Positions 27,371 through 43,118 of a DNA stretch of 64,000 bases are shown here, piece after piece. The stretch is from the NCBI GenBank assembly GCA_964016885.1, contig OZ024745.1:35898001-35962000 (forward strand). Direction: 5' to 3'. The position numbers and the translations under genes were made by a program. Source of the DNA: Eledone cirrhosa. Its lineage: Eukaryota. Each line of letters starts with the position of its first letter. Position 1 is the first letter of the stretch. The notes beneath the pieces were generated by a model that had not been told where the DNA came from, did not search any database, and saw only the letters and a list, made by a program, of their open reading frames with translations.

Positions 27371-29388
27371 ATATACTTATGTATAGCGTGTGAATTTAGT
27401 TTGGGAACGTTAGGGATTCAGATTTAATTAAAAGGACAAAAATGTGTGTATCACCATACGTTTAATCTAGTGCGCGACAACAACTCGTAATAAGCGTTGG
27501 AGGCCAAACCTTTTAGTTCAATTTTACATGTATTTCGAAAATTCTAGAGTTAAACTGGAGGATATTCACAAAAGTAACCCGGAGCTTAACGTAATATAAG
27601 TATAACATCTGAGTTCTCTTTCCCCACTGGAAGAAGATCCTACCACTGCTGGCGCTTCGTTTCTTTACCATAAATAATGCCAAATATATCAGGGTAAAGT
27701 TAAATAATGGGCTAAAATGATTTCTTTAAAATGTAAAACTTGTAATATATATTACAATCTGTTTAATAGATAATATAATTAGTTGGAAGTAAATTAGTAC
27801 AGCTCTGTTATTATTAAACATTTTGAGAAGTTTTGTTGGGAGTAGCTAAAATTCTATGCTTTTCTACAAAGTGCTTTCCTAGTGGGAACAAGTCACCACA
27901 AAGACACAAAACAAACACACATGGATATATTTTTTACGTAATCAAATATATTATTATATGCATCATATAACGAGAATTGGATAAATGAAAGACCGAATGC
28001 ACGTACAGACCGTAATATCTAAAATCAAATTATAAGTATTCGTATAATTATTATATTATGTTTTTGTAAAACTTTTATTTGATTTTATCTATCATAGTTT
28101 TTCATGTATTAATCATGGGTAATATACGAATGCTGACAAATTGATATTTGTCAAATTTAATGTGATTTTCAAAAGTTGCATTGGTTGTATTTGTGACTTT
28201 GATATGTTTAAATGTATCTATTTGTTTGTCTATGTGTCTATTAAATCACTTGTGTGTATATCCATGTGACATTGTTTAAAATGACGTTGTTTGATATATA
28301 TATCTGAGTGTTCAGGTATATATTCGAAGTGACTTTTGTTCAGATTAATTAAGGAACAAAGGAACTATGGCGTATTTCTACAGCAACTGTTATAACTGTT
28401 AGTGGATACCGAGGACGTTTTCCCCCATCCATAAACCTGGTCTTAATATTAACAATATTAGCTCATATGACGCAGGTTTAACGTGGTGGTAATAAACGGG
28501 ATGTCTAATTAATTTTATCACCCTGAAACTCAAAATGTGAAGTTCAAAAACAAACACAATTCATCTTGTGCAACTCTGTCAATCCCCGCTTAGAAAAAAT
28601 ACTTTATTTAATCGAAGAGAAAATGTTGACATTGATGACATCTTAACTCAAATGGAAGAGAACCGTAACAAATACAAGTCATTTACTCTGTATTTGAAAG
28701 ATTCTGACGATTCACAATCTTAATAATGATAGGTATGTATATATTTGCACGTTTGAATTTGCTTCTGTGTACCTCATGAAATTGATGCTTGTATGCTATT
28801 ATATGCATTTGGTGTACAGTTGCTTGTTATATAATTTATTTAAGGTGGCATTTATCGCTAATTAGTCACAAAATGCTACTTGAGAAGGTAGAAAACTGAA
28901 AATAAAAGGTAAAAGTGTGTTCTGTTTGAATTTCATGTTAGCCCTACTTGGAGGTCATTAATGGTTTGCTGTAGGTCCCTCTACGTTTGAGGATGAGAGG
29001 ACATGGAGAGATATATCCAATGGGCATATTGATGATTTTAATTTGATGTTTCAAAATATACCGCTTTTACAGGGTTCAAAGGCTACAGAAGCTCTTTAAT
29101 ATCTGATGGAATTTTATGTAAAAGTTGCCATTTAATAATATGTGATGTTTAGCAAATCCTATGCATAGCTTCTTTGGTGTCTTTCGCCATTGCAATATTC
29201 TATGCATCTAATTATATTTTTAGAGTATATCATAAAATGTTTTGGCAAACAACCACACACGTATACATTTTTATATCTTTATATATGTATGTATATATAT
29301 ATGGTTTGTGTGTACGTGAGAGTGTGTAGGATTATGTGCATCTATCTCCCCCCCCCCACACACACACATATATATATGTATATATATA

Positions 29389-31506
<2,118 letters not shown>

Positions 31507-32169
31507 TTTGAACCCGAGACTACTACACAACTTTCTTGCTTACCAATTTCACTCAATACTTACTTCCTAACTATAACACCCCCCCCCCCAGTACTAACCA
31601 GTACGTTGCTTATCGTAATAAATGGATACTTAAGTACGATAAGAAAACTACAGCTATCAACTCGGTCTATATAGCCTTTCCTTCCCCTTCTCTTAACTTA
31701 TTTATGTCCCTTCTCTCTCGCTCTCTCTTTCTCTTTCTTTCTCTCTCTCTCTCTCTCTCTCTCGCTCTCTGTCTATCTCCTTCCTTCCCTACATCTATTA
31801 ACCTGCTCTCTGTGGCAGTAAATAATTCCAAACTTGATAACATCAACACAATGCCCATGCTGTCACTTTGAGAGTAAGCAGTATAATAAAACCACTTGTT
31901 GAACCCCTATCACAACATTTAGATTAAGCTATCTGTATTCTTCAAACCACTCTCTCCCATTTCTCCTCCCCTACATCTCTCTCTCTCCCTCTCTCTGCCT
32001 CTCTCTCTCCCTCTCGCTCGCTCTCTCTCCCTTTCTTTCTATCTTCCTTTTCTACTTTATCTTCCCCAATGACTCCCTTTAAGAAATATTAAGAAATTAT
32101 GATCCAGCCATATTAGTTCTGAAGAATTGGTGGTAAGAACAGCATTTGAAAATTGAGTATCTGGAAATT

Positions 32170-32357
32170 AATTGTTTCTACTTTAGGCACAAGGCCAGCA
32201 ATTACGCAGTGCATTACTGGTACTTTATTTTATCGACCCCGTAAGGATGAAAGGCAAAGTCAACCTCGGCGGGATTTGAACTCAGATCGTAAAGGGACGT
32301 AACTATGCTGGAAAGCATGGCGTCCGACCCTCTACCGATACTGCCAATCCACCGCCC
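32170..32357 (-). mobile_element. Full-length SINE family A with 18-bp TSD
   Basis: GAGTATCTG(G/A)AAATTAAT at 32155-32172 and 32364-32381. Confidence 0.85.
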
Positions 32358-32537
32358 GTGGTGGAGTATCTGAAAATTAATAACTACCAATTTGCATATA
32401 GCAAGACTAGGCTGTGTAACTACTAAGGAAACATTTGTAAACACTTGGAATAAATTACCTTTTTATGATGTTTAACTGTTTTATTAATCGTTCTTTATAT
32501 ATATATATATATATATTCTATATATATATATATATAT

Positions 32538-32833
32538 AAGAGACGTAAAATAAGAAAATTATAAAATTAACTTACTTACTAAAATATCACTTCCAACTAA
32601 TTAATATCGTCTTCGGAAAATATATTTACTCCATTCCAGAAACTAATTAGTTGGAAGTGATATTTTAGTAAGTAAGTTAATTTTATAATTTTCTTATTTT
32701 ACGTCTCTTATATTATTGTTCTGCAACCCCATGCATTGAACCACAATGTTATTAAGACAAAACCTATATATTTGCTAGCATTGATATGCATGCATCTGTA
32801 TGTATATATATGTTACTAGATATGAATTCTTTA

Positions 32834-32836
<3 letters not shown>
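32538..32836 (+). mobile_element. Truncated fold-back copy of the 532-bp retrozyme-like family
   Basis: 32538-32602 is inverted versus 32643-32709. 32635-32836 is homologous to 48061-48255 (GAAACTAATTAGTTGGAAGT). Confidence 0.8.
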
Positions 32837-32896
<60 letters not shown>

Positions 32897-32898
32897 TT

Positions 32899-33099
32899 AT
32901 TTATTAAAATAACAGATTTAAAGTTTAAGCAAAGAATCGGTGCTTTCGCCCTTAACGTTAAGGGTGAAAGCAGCGATTCTTTTGCTTAAACTTTAATCTG
33001 TTATTTTAATAAATATTTGCTCTACGGTTCTTATATATTTGATATATATTTATCCTTATCGAGCCCTCTTTGGATTTTAGTCTTCAAATTTATTATTTT

Positions 33100-33100
<1 letters not shown>
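32899..33100. repeat. Hairpin element (~58-bp arms centred on TTAACGTTAA) with a tail shared by 38018-38125 and 36186-36215
   Basis: Direct comparison: AAATAACAGATT and TTGGATTTTAGTCTTCA recur. Confidence 0.75.
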
Positions 33101-33154
<54 letters not shown>

Positions 33155-33220
33155 TATATAATCAAGGTTTAGCAAATAAGAAGAAGTTTTAATCAAAAAT
33201 TCACTGTACTTAATATGGTT

Positions 33221-33307
33221 ACCTTTACCGAAACGGTTTCGAGTCTCAAAAATAAATGGATAGTCCTTGCGTGTCTCCATTGAAAAGATAAACTCTCGTC
33301 AGAAGGT
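33221..33307 (-). ncRNA. Canonical type I HHR
   Basis: ACCTT-CTGACGA-GAGTTT..AGACTC-GAAA-CCG ttt CGG-TA-AAGGT. Confidence 0.88.
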
Positions 33308-33705
33308 TCTTTTCAATCGGAGAATATAAATTTCCCGAGTTCAAATTACGAACTGGCGCTATTCAAAATTGTTCCCTAGATGAGAATGAATGATGTGGCA
33401 GCGATTCTGTCCAGTGCCGTGTGTAAAGATAGAAGCAGAGGCAGGGAGGTCAGTCTACTACCAATATAAATAGCAGCAGTCAAAACGACCAAATTTTATC
33501 TCGACCAGGGGGAGATTAATAATAATAAAGTATATGTCCCTATACGCAAAAAACATATAGGGACACATGTATTGTCCAACCATATGCCAATGTGGTTCTA
33601 TTGCAGGTTAATAAATTAATGAGCCAGAACATATATAATCAAGGTTTAGCAAATAAGAAAAATTTAAAAAAAAATTAAAAAAAATTCACTGTACTAACTA
33701 TGGTT

Positions 33706-33792
33706 ACGTTTACCGAAACGGTTTCGTGTCTCAAAAATAAATGGATAGTCCGTGCAGGCCTCCATTGAAAAGATGAACTCTCGTCAGAAGGT
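33706..33792 (-). ncRNA. Type I HHR, second copy
   Basis: Same core; a few mismatches in stems I and II. Confidence 0.75.
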
Positions 33793-33806
33793 TCTTTTCA
33801 CTCGGG

Positions 33807-33997
<191 letters not shown>

Positions 33998-34048
33998 AAT
34001 GTATATATATATATATATATAAATGTATATATATATATATAAGTATAT

Positions 34049-34079
<31 letters not shown>

Positions 34080-34148
34080 AATGTATATATATATATATCT
34101 ATATATATATGTATATGTATATATATATATGTATATATATATGTGTAT

Positions 34149-34202
<54 letters not shown>

Positions 34203-34223
34203 ATGTATATATATGTATATATA

Positions 34224-36120
34224 TATTAATTGAAAATATTAACAAAATAGATATTCTTGTGATCAATTATATTTTATTATACATATTTCAGAGGCACTGA
34301 GTTAAGTTCAACAGTACGTCCTCATCAGATAAAATAAAATGATACATGTCATACCCTGACATAGTAGATGGTTAAGATTAAATCAAGGTAGTGATTAACT
34401 TATGACAAAACTCAATATTTATACCTTGATATTGAGAACATGAGATAACATAATACAAACAATAGAGAGGGTGCATCAATATAACAGTTATAAATTTTGT
34501 TATTTTTAAAAACTACTGGAGAAAGAGGAGGGAAAGGAAAGGATAGAGAGAGGAACAGCTGATGTGATAATATTTTTAGTAGGTGGCTTGAGAAGACTTA
34601 TGAAAGATGATTAAAGAGAGATAGAGAGACAAAGGGGAGTAATTTATGTTCAAGTTTATATACACACAGATTTATGTATAATCAACATGCGTCCAGAACA
34701 ACATAGTTGGCGGTTAATTTTCAATATATTTAATTTAAGTTATTTCAGGGTAAAGAACAATATTTTAGGTTTTAAAAGTTAATAGGTATTTGTATTAATA
34801 TTATAATATAATTATGTTTAATTTCTAAAATTCTAATTTTATGAAAACAAATTTAATGGATTTACGAAACACGAGAAAGAAAAAATATATATATAATGTT
34901 TTATATCCTCACGAAGGTAATCTTTACCAAAATTACTTATAATATTGACAACTGTTTCTATAATATAATTTATAAGATAATTATAGTTATAATTATTAAA
35001 AAATGTATTGTTAAATAGTTTGAGTGCCTAAAGTTTATATAGGGACGATATTTTATTTACGGTTGTTAAACAACAATATAGAACTAAATATGGTAAAGAA
35101 AAATATAATTGAATTCTTTAAAAATTACGACCTTAAAAAGAGGTAGAAAGTGGTAACAAAATAGTTAATTTCCTTGTTGTTACCCTTAACTTAAACTCTG
35201 GTTTGTATTACCCTTTCCATGAACATCCCCAGAAGATCCATGATTTGTGCTGAATCAGATGATCCCATGGTAAATTCGAAGTTTCTATTTCTATCTGAGC
35301 GGGTCCAATACTCATTGTTGAAGTTAATTAGAGTTCTTCTAGCAGTTAATATGATATCAATTTCATCCGTAGTTAGATCAGTATGTTTCTAAGGGTATGA
35401 TAAAGCCTTATTTAGTAGGTTAGGCGTAATGGAAGAGTAATAGCTTGTTATGTCCATTTGGATGAATTTACGGTTTTTCTTATCATCTATATTATTATAC
35501 CATTCAATGACTTCATTTGTATCCTTCCACAAGCTCAATTTAGACCTCAATTTCAAAGTAGGTAGAATTCTATCAATAATATTTTTACTGATTACTCCAA
35601 TATCCGATTTGGATGGAGCAATCAGTCTAACTGGCAGGTCTTCCTCGAAATTTCTTTTGTGATCCACGGCTGTCTAGGTATAAGAGGCTCTGTTCTTCCT
35701 TCAATTCCTAATTTAGCAATTAATTTATATGCATCATTATTAATATCTCTAAGCTCTTCAGCCGGGGCTTTTTTATAATTTTTCCTTAGTTCTATTAAAA
35801 TCAAGTTATTATATTCTTCTTTATTTATCCCATATAAATTATTTGTTTTGTCCGATTATACCAATATTTTATTAACTTTTTTTATTTCCGAGATTTTTTC
35901 TTTTAAAGTTCTAAGGTATTGGTGACCTATATATGGGTTTTATTTTATTGGTAACTTACATATGGGTTTTATTTTATCTAAAGAGGACGTACTGTTGAAC
36001 TTAACTCAGTGCCTCTGAAATATGTATAAGAAAATATAATTGATCACAAGAATATCTATTTTGTTAATATTTTGAATTAATATTAATAACTCTGGAAAAC
36101 TGTTTTTGTTGAGTGCTTCC
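34224..36120. mobile_element. Rearranged decayed Naiad PLE
   Basis: pLTR minus from 34224; RT piece plus ~35005-35220 (LYRDD, FLVVTLNLN); RT piece minus 35221-35930 (SDKTN, IQMDITSYYSSI, TMGSSDSAQ); pLTR piece plus 35966-36120. Confidence 0.85.
34267..34340 (-). ncRNA. Minimal type I HHR
   Basis: TATTTTAT-CTGATGA-gg..GTACTG..CAGTGC..-GAAA-TATGTA-TA-ATAAAATA. The plus-strand copy at ~35970-36040 has a mutated core (CTAAAGA). Confidence 0.8.
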
Positions 36121-36219
36121 AATCTATTGTAAAACTCATTTTTTCATGTATTCACTGAACCTTGTTTAACTCTTAAATATATAATTTTGGATTTTAGTCT
36201 TCAATTTTATTATTATTAC

Positions 36220-36275
<56 letters not shown>

Positions 36276-36597
36276 GATCAGCTAAGGTGAAACAATTGTT
36301 CTCGGTATGGTGAACTAACTGTTGTGTAACCACTTCTATATATATATATCAATATATATATATATACATATATATGCAGAGGTTATATTTAATTTGTTGG
36401 GATTCAACAAGCTTTAAAATGTTTATAACTGATATAAAGCACTCAACAGTAGTGGAGTAAATATAGAATATATTAATAAATGGAAACTATATTTATAAAT
36501 CATAATTATTTTATTATATATATTTCAAGGGCGAATTTCAACCGTTGAGGTTGTCTTTTTTCCGCGTATGTCAATATTTATTTATAAAACAAATCTG

Positions 36598-36662
36598 TAT
36601 TTTATCTGATGAAAGCGCACCATAATTATATTGGTCGCCCTTGAAATATATATAATAAAATA
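36598..36662 (+). ncRNA. Minimal type I HHR in a mini pLTR insertion (~36380-36705)
   Basis: TATTTTAT-CTGATGA-AAG..ACC..GGT..CTT-GAAA-TATATA-TA-ATAAAATA. Inverted partial copy at ~36470-36535. Confidence 0.8.
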
Positions 36663-36700
36663 ATTATGGTTTTATAAATATAGTTTCCATTTATTGATAT

Positions 36701-36755
<55 letters not shown>

Positions 36756-36847
36756 CAAAGGAATTGTGGTAAGGAACCAAATGGACCATAACGGACCAGA
36801 GTACTCAATACTTAGGGTAGTAGCGTGAGAAATAGGAAAAAGTATGA

Positions 36848-36941
36848 CTCCGACGGCAGAGCTCAAGCCGTTTCGACAGCTATTTCTGGACTAAATTAGA
36901 ATTTTAACCTGGTGAATAAATAGCCGAACTTTTCAAGGGGG
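36848..36941 (-). ncRNA. Type I HHR, U3:A8 variant
   Basis: Inverted copy of 37342-37435. Confidence 0.6.
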
Positions 36942-37341
36942 TACTTCCTTATATGGGAAGATTGTAGTTGTCTGCTATAAGTAAAACGTATTCGGCCAAT
37001 TCTATCTTAAAATAACAGGGCTGGGGGAACTGATGCTACAAGGCCCGATGGGCTGCAACGGGGTAAGCGGAAGGGGAAAACAGACGAGGAAGAAAATAGG
37101 GGGTGGAAGGAAACGATAGGATGAGACAGGGGGAAGAATGAGACAAAGAGGAAAAGAAAAGAGATACATTTACCTGTGTAAGCTGGGGTACGCTTGACCG
37201 CTCCACTCACTCCCCTATTGTTCTACAGGCAAGTTCAGCCACCCCTACCCCCCACCAAATGCCACAATAGACTTATTTGTGTTTACAACAAATTTTAACC
37301 AATCCTCTTGACAACCACAATCTTCCCATATAAGGAAGTAC

Positions 37342-37435
37342 CCCCTTGAAAAGTTCGGCTATTTATTCACCAGGCTAAAAATTCTAATTTAGTCCAGAAA
37401 CAGCCGTCGAAACGGCTTGAGTTCTGCCGTCGGGG
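37342..37435 (+). ncRNA. Type I HHR, U3:A8 variant
   Basis: CCCC-TTGAAAA-GttCGGCTATTT..AAACAGCCGTC-GAAA-CGGC ttgagttct GCCG-TC-GGGG. Confidence 0.7.
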
Positions 37436-37447
37436 TCATACTTTTCC

Positions 37448-37487
<40 letters not shown>

Positions 37488-37969
37488 TTGTTGATGTTTG
37501 TAGTGTGGTCTGTGTGCATGTGTATGAATAATTTTTTTTTTATTTTGTGGTGTGTGGGTAGGTGTGCGCGTGTGCATGAGAGATAGACTACACACACACA
37601 CATATATATATGATTAATGTAAAAGAAAAACCAAGGATGTTATTCGCATTCGAGCTTTCATTTCTACAATTGTTTCATTGGAGCTTTGTGTAGTGCAAAC
37701 ATACAGAATCAATGAAGTAATCTGTCCAATTAGTAGTTAATTGGTTGATTCTCTACACTGGTGCTACATTTATCTCAATTGAAATAATTGTAGAAATTAA
37801 AGATGGAAGTTGAATGAAAACCTGCAAGTTCACTGTATTCATCTACCCGTGTTTTAACACATCGGTTCAAATCCTGCATGTTCAACTAACATTGCATTGA
37901 GCTGACACACCTTACCAAAATAATAGTGGATTATTCCATTCTCTCGCTTTCTCTCTGTCTCTCGTTCTC

Positions 37970-38024
<55 letters not shown>

Positions 38025-38147
38025 CAGATTAAAGTTGAAGCAGAGAATCGCTGCTTTCACCCTTAATTATATTTATCCTTATCGCCCCTCTTTGGATTTT
38101 AGTCTTCACATTTATTATTACTATTATATATTATATATATATATATA

Positions 38148-38335
38148 TAACAAAGAAGGTGTGTAAGATACCAGACTACTCGATACTTAGGGGAGTAGAG
38201 TGGGTAATATGAAAAGAGTCAGGACCCTTACGGCTGAGCTCCGGCCGTTTTGACAGCTTCATTCGAACTAAGCCAGCAGTGTTAGTGTTAGAACGGTATG
38301 AAATTTAGCTGAACGTATCAAGAGGTAAAGCCATA
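38148..38335 (-). mobile_element. Diverged relative of the 36755 family with a decayed HHR
   Basis: Shares GATACTTAGGG..TAGAGTGGGTAAT; minus strand reads CCTC-TTGATAC-GTTCAGCT..AGCTGTC-AAAA-CGGC..GCCG-TA-AGGG. Confidence 0.65.
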
Positions 38336-38383
38336 GATGGGCATGCATTTAAAACAAATTGAAGCCGAAATATTAAAGTTATA

Positions 38384-38448
<65 letters not shown>

Positions 38449-38486
38449 AGGAGGTTATAGTTCACTTGAAGCATTGTGTAATGAGG

Positions 38487-39165
38487 TATAAACGTTTGAA
38501 TATGTGTAATAAGGCCAAGACAATGCAGGTATGGACATAGAAAAAAGAATGCAATAGTGAAAGATATTGATGTGAATTCGTCTTTCACCTTGAATTTATT
38601 TAAATGTCCTTAAATTTCGAGATAATATCTCTTCTTCGGTGGAAGTAAAGGTCTCAAACCAGCGTCTTTAAATCTCTAGCCAAGCCATGCTGACCGGAAA
38701 TAGTATAGAGTATCTGTTCTAACTCTAATATCAAAGAATTAAAATTAGGTGGATAAAGAGTAGTCTCCCTTTAAGAGGGGTTTATTTAGGTTTTTTTTTT
38801 TTTTTCCATGCATTCTCCCACACACATATACAGGCACGTATATAAAATAAAAAAAAAAATAAAAAAACCTAAACAAACCCCTCTTAAAGGGAGACTACTC
38901 TTTATCCACCTAATTTTAATTCTTTGATATTAGAGTTAGAACAGATACTCTATACTATTTCCGGTCAGCATGGCTTGGCTAGAGATTTAAAGATGCTGGT
39001 TTGAGACCTTTACTTCCCTCCGAAGAAGAGATATTATCTCGAAAATTAAGGACATTTAAATAAATTCAAGGTGAAAGACGAATTCACATCAATATCTTTC
39101 ACTATTGCATTCTTTTTTCTATGTCCATACCTGCATTGTCTTGGCCTTATTACACATATTCAAAC

Positions 39166-39172
<7 letters not shown>
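38487..39172. repeat. Long fold-back repeat with ~315-bp arms, TA-flanked
   Basis: 38487-38802 versus 38850-39172 are near-identical reverse complements. Confidence 0.92.
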
Positions 39173-39208
<36 letters not shown>

Positions 39209-39446
39209 TAGATAGATAGATATATATAGTCAGGGAAGCAGAAAATTGCTTTTTCTTATCCAGTTCGTGGTTAAGAAAGCCAGTTTCATGGATGGTTTAA
39301 CGTACGGTTAGGGGTAACTCCACAAGCGTGTAAGAATTCCGTTCAATCTTGGAGTATAAAGTATAAAAGAGAAAACACAGGTAAGCATTAAGAGAAGGAT
39401 TTTATCCAGGTATTTACGACCGCTTACCTATGTTTTCTCTTTTATA

Positions 39447-39483
<37 letters not shown>

Positions 39484-39552
39484 AACCAAACAGTGAGTGT
39501 GTTCTGTTATTAATTCTGGCAATATTACACAAATATGACACTCCAGAAGTAT

Positions 39553-39706
<154 letters not shown>

Positions 39707-39776
39707 TTATTAGAAAGTGGGTTCTTTTTACAAAATGAAAAATAACCGAGGTGTCCTACACGAGTGAAAGTATAAA

Positions 39777-40410
39777 GGTTGCTTTTTCATATATGAGTGT
39801 AGTTTGGTTGGTTGATGCAGTCACGTGAATAAGCCCATCACCTTTCGCGACAGTTTGTTTGAACTTCTTTTTACTTAAAAAAAGGGGGCTCACGAAGGCT
39901 ATTTTTTTTTTTCAATAAATGTAATTTGATGGTTATAATTGAAATTATCGCTGTCACGAGAACAAGTTCATTAAATTTCGCGCCCGTATTTGGGAATTTA
40001 TTTTGTAGCCTTTTAGAGAATTTTATGACACACAAAAGATAATGGTCAAGAGAAATGGGATGGGCGGAATTGTTCTGGTTCAGTGAATATGGCAGGTTGT
40101 TTTTTTCATATATGAGTGAAGTTTGGTTGGTTGATGCAGTCACGTAAATAAGCAGATCAGCTTTCGCGTCAGTTTGTTTAAATTTCTTTTTAATTTAAAA
40201 AAAGTGGCTCACGAAGGCTTTTTTTAAATTAATGTAATTTGATTGGTTATAAATGAAATTATGACTGTCACGTGAAAAAGTTCATTAAAATTCGCGCCCG
40301 TATTTGGGAATTTATTTTGTAGCCTTTTAGAGAATTTTATGTCAAACAAAAGATAATGGTCAAGAGAAATGGGATGGGAGAATTGTTCTGGTTCAGTGAA
40401 TATGGCTGGT
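39777..40410. repeat. Tandem duplication of a ~315-bp unit
   Basis: 39777-40095 versus 40096-40410. Confidence 0.9.
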
Positions 40411-42273
40411 TCGCTGGGGTGTCAGAACTCAGACTTTCTATTGAATTAAAGAAAGTAGAGATATGTATCTTTATGTGTGTGCTTGTGAGTGTGTGTGTGT
40501 GTGTGTGAGTGTGTGTATAGGAAGATGATTCTATTAGTAGAAATGGGGGAGGGAGTTGTGTATGTGTGTATATGGGTGTTATGTGTGTGTGTGTGGGAGT
40601 ATGTTAAGGTGGAGAGAATATATATATATTGTGTGTGTGTATGTTTGTAGGAAAGTGATTCTATTAGTAGAAATGGGGGATGGAGTTATGTGTGTATGCG
40701 GGGGGGGGGGTATGTGTGTGTGTATGGAAGTTATGTGTGTGTGGGAGTATGGTTAGTATGTTAAGATGAAGAGAATATATATTTTGTGTGTGTGTGTAGG
40801 AGAATGATTCCGTTAGTAGAAATATTTTTGAATGAACATATTTTCCTTATTTATTCGTATTGTTCTGTTGTATTGTCAGCGCAAACGTATGTTAAGGTTT
40901 ATTTAGTTCGGGTTTTTATTTTCTAAAGTAGAAGGTGTTATGTGTGTGTGTATGTGTATGTTTGGATGGTTAGCATGTTATGGTGTTGAAATAATGTATA
41001 TTAAACCATATTTAATGCTGGTCTATATTTTTGAATAAACATATTTTCCTTATTTATTCGTATTTGTTCTGTTGTATTGTCAGCGCAAAGCTAAAATGGG
41101 CAGACTTGGAATTTGGGTGTCTTATTAGTTGCGCATATGTCTAGATGTGCGCTTAGTGGTATCTGTCTCGTGGTTGGATCTCGTAATTGTTGGCGATGAA
41201 CTGTCATTCTGTTTCTCTCTCTATATATATATATGTACTGCTTTGATATATATATATATATGTATTGCTTTGATATTTCTTCTTTTATAATTATATATAT
41301 ATATATATATATATTCACTTAAATATGAAAATGGCTGCGGGTATACCATATTTATCCAACCAGTTTCCGCTCCCCATCAAATTAATATATATTGAGTAGG
41401 CCATTTGCATACTCATCCTCTATTAAGTCAGATTTGTTAATTCTCTTGCTTTACTAATTTTCTTATAATCAATAGATTTGCGATTGTTGGTGTATTTCGT
41501 TAGATTTGCGCTGCATATTGTGTTTGAGTAAGCGATTTATACCAGGTTGGAAAATTGGGCGCTACAAGATGATAAAATTATATGTCTAATTGTGTACTTA
41601 CATTCATAAATTAAGGTGTGTGTTGGCAAGGAAACTGTTTAAAGATATTTGGTTCTAAAAACCACAAGTAATAGAACGTCTCTAAAATTATGATGATAGT
41701 CTTAATGGAATGAACGTTGTCTACTAAAAAATGTCGAACTTAGAGTCATGTTTTATACGCACCAAAAAACCCACCCACACGTAGGCATACACACATACAT
41801 ACTCACACGCATATATATGAAATTCAGATCGTGTGTTTAGAATACGACGGCGATTTACAATTTTGGTTGAACCGATATTTAAAATTCTTTCCCTGCTTGC
41901 TGTGACAAAATTGATATCTTCTAAAAGTAGCAATTATCATAAGATAATAGCAGTTGACTGAAAGTTTTCGACACACTGTATTTAACATTTAGGACACTAT
42001 TGTGCGTATGTATATCTGTTTCATGTATGTATATATGTATATATGTATGTATGTATATCTGTTTTATGTATGTATATATGTATATATGATTGTATGTTTG
42101 CAGGCATGTATATATGTATGTATGTACGTATGTATATATATAAATATATTGTGAGTATCTGTGTCTGTCTGATGCATGTATGTATGCATGTATGTATGCA
42201 TGTATGTTTGATGTATGTATGAATGTATGAATGTATGAATGTATGTATATATGTGTGTGCAAGTATCAATGTA

Positions 42274-42471
42274 CAGGGTGTTTCAAAAATGTTGATATCA
42301 TTTGATATATAAATATCTCAGATACTACAATGACTAGGAGAACGCCATTGAACAGGCTTAATGTTGCGCAAGAGAAGATCAATTCCTCAAATTTTGAATG
42401 AGAAATTCAAAAGCATGTCGTTACATAGACATTTACATCTAAAATGATATCTATTTCTTTGAAACACCCTC
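42274..42471. mobile_element. Tc1/mariner-type MITE
   Basis: TA-CAGGGTGTTTCAAA..GATATCATTT at the left end; AAATGATATC..TTTGAAACACCCT at the right end. Confidence 0.75.
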
Positions 42472-42508
42472 TCTCTCTATATGTATGTATGTCTCTCTAT
42501 TTGTATGT

Positions 42509-43118
42509 CTCTATCTATCTATCTAAGGCGGGTAAAATTCCCGAGATCCATAGACGAGTTCTCTCCAGCGGTCTCTGTCCCTCATTATCGCTGCCATGTC
42601 CTGCGTCTCCAACAGACCAGTGTCTGTCCTTAGGGCATCAACATACGTTAGCCTTGGTCTTCCTCTTCTAGTGTGTCCATGTAGGGGCTCCCACAGGAGC
42701 ACTGAGTGCAATGTCAACTCTGGATGTCGGTGAGCATGTCCAGATAACCTCAGTCTCCTCTGTGTCACTTTTGAGCTGACTTTTGGGATGCTCCCATACA
42801 GCTCTGAGTTTTTCATCCTCAGTGTATACTGATTAATGTTCAGAGCCATCCTCAGCATTCTCGTGTAGCACCCATCCACCATCTGAGTGAGTTTCTAATG
42901 TAGGCGGGAAGCCGCTAGAATTGGTTGAAGGCTTCCTGTATTTGGGAGCAAAGATTGGGAATACGGAGGGTGATGTGGTTGAGAGGAAGAGCAAAGCCTG
43001 GGCGGCGTGCCACAGCTTCAGATCGGTGTGGAAGTCCGACCTTCGTAAAGACCTGAAAATCCGCCTCTTCATTGCTGTAGTGGAGTCTGTGCTGCTGTAT
43101 GGGTCTGAGACTTGGATA
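42509..43118 (-). mobile_element. 5'-truncated, 5'-inverted RTE-type LINE with (TAGA)n tail and 32-bp TSD
   Basis: Minus 42523-42900 encodes DGCYTRMLR..RLRLSGH..RRGRP..DRDRW. Plus 42902-43115 encodes the preceding FLYLG..ESVLLYGSETW. TSD at 42477-42508 and 43119-43150. Confidence 0.9.

Larger units (their letters stand above)
36755..37448. mobile_element. Non-coding PLE-type element with inverted HHR-bearing arms
   Basis: 36833-36971 versus 37310-37448 are inverted; TA-flanked; relatives at 17043 and 38148. Confidence 0.85.

Noticed and set aside
39015-39070. HHR-like CCGAAGA-GAGAT/ATCTC-GAAA in the 315-bp fold-back
   Set aside because: Core spacing is off and no stem I was found.
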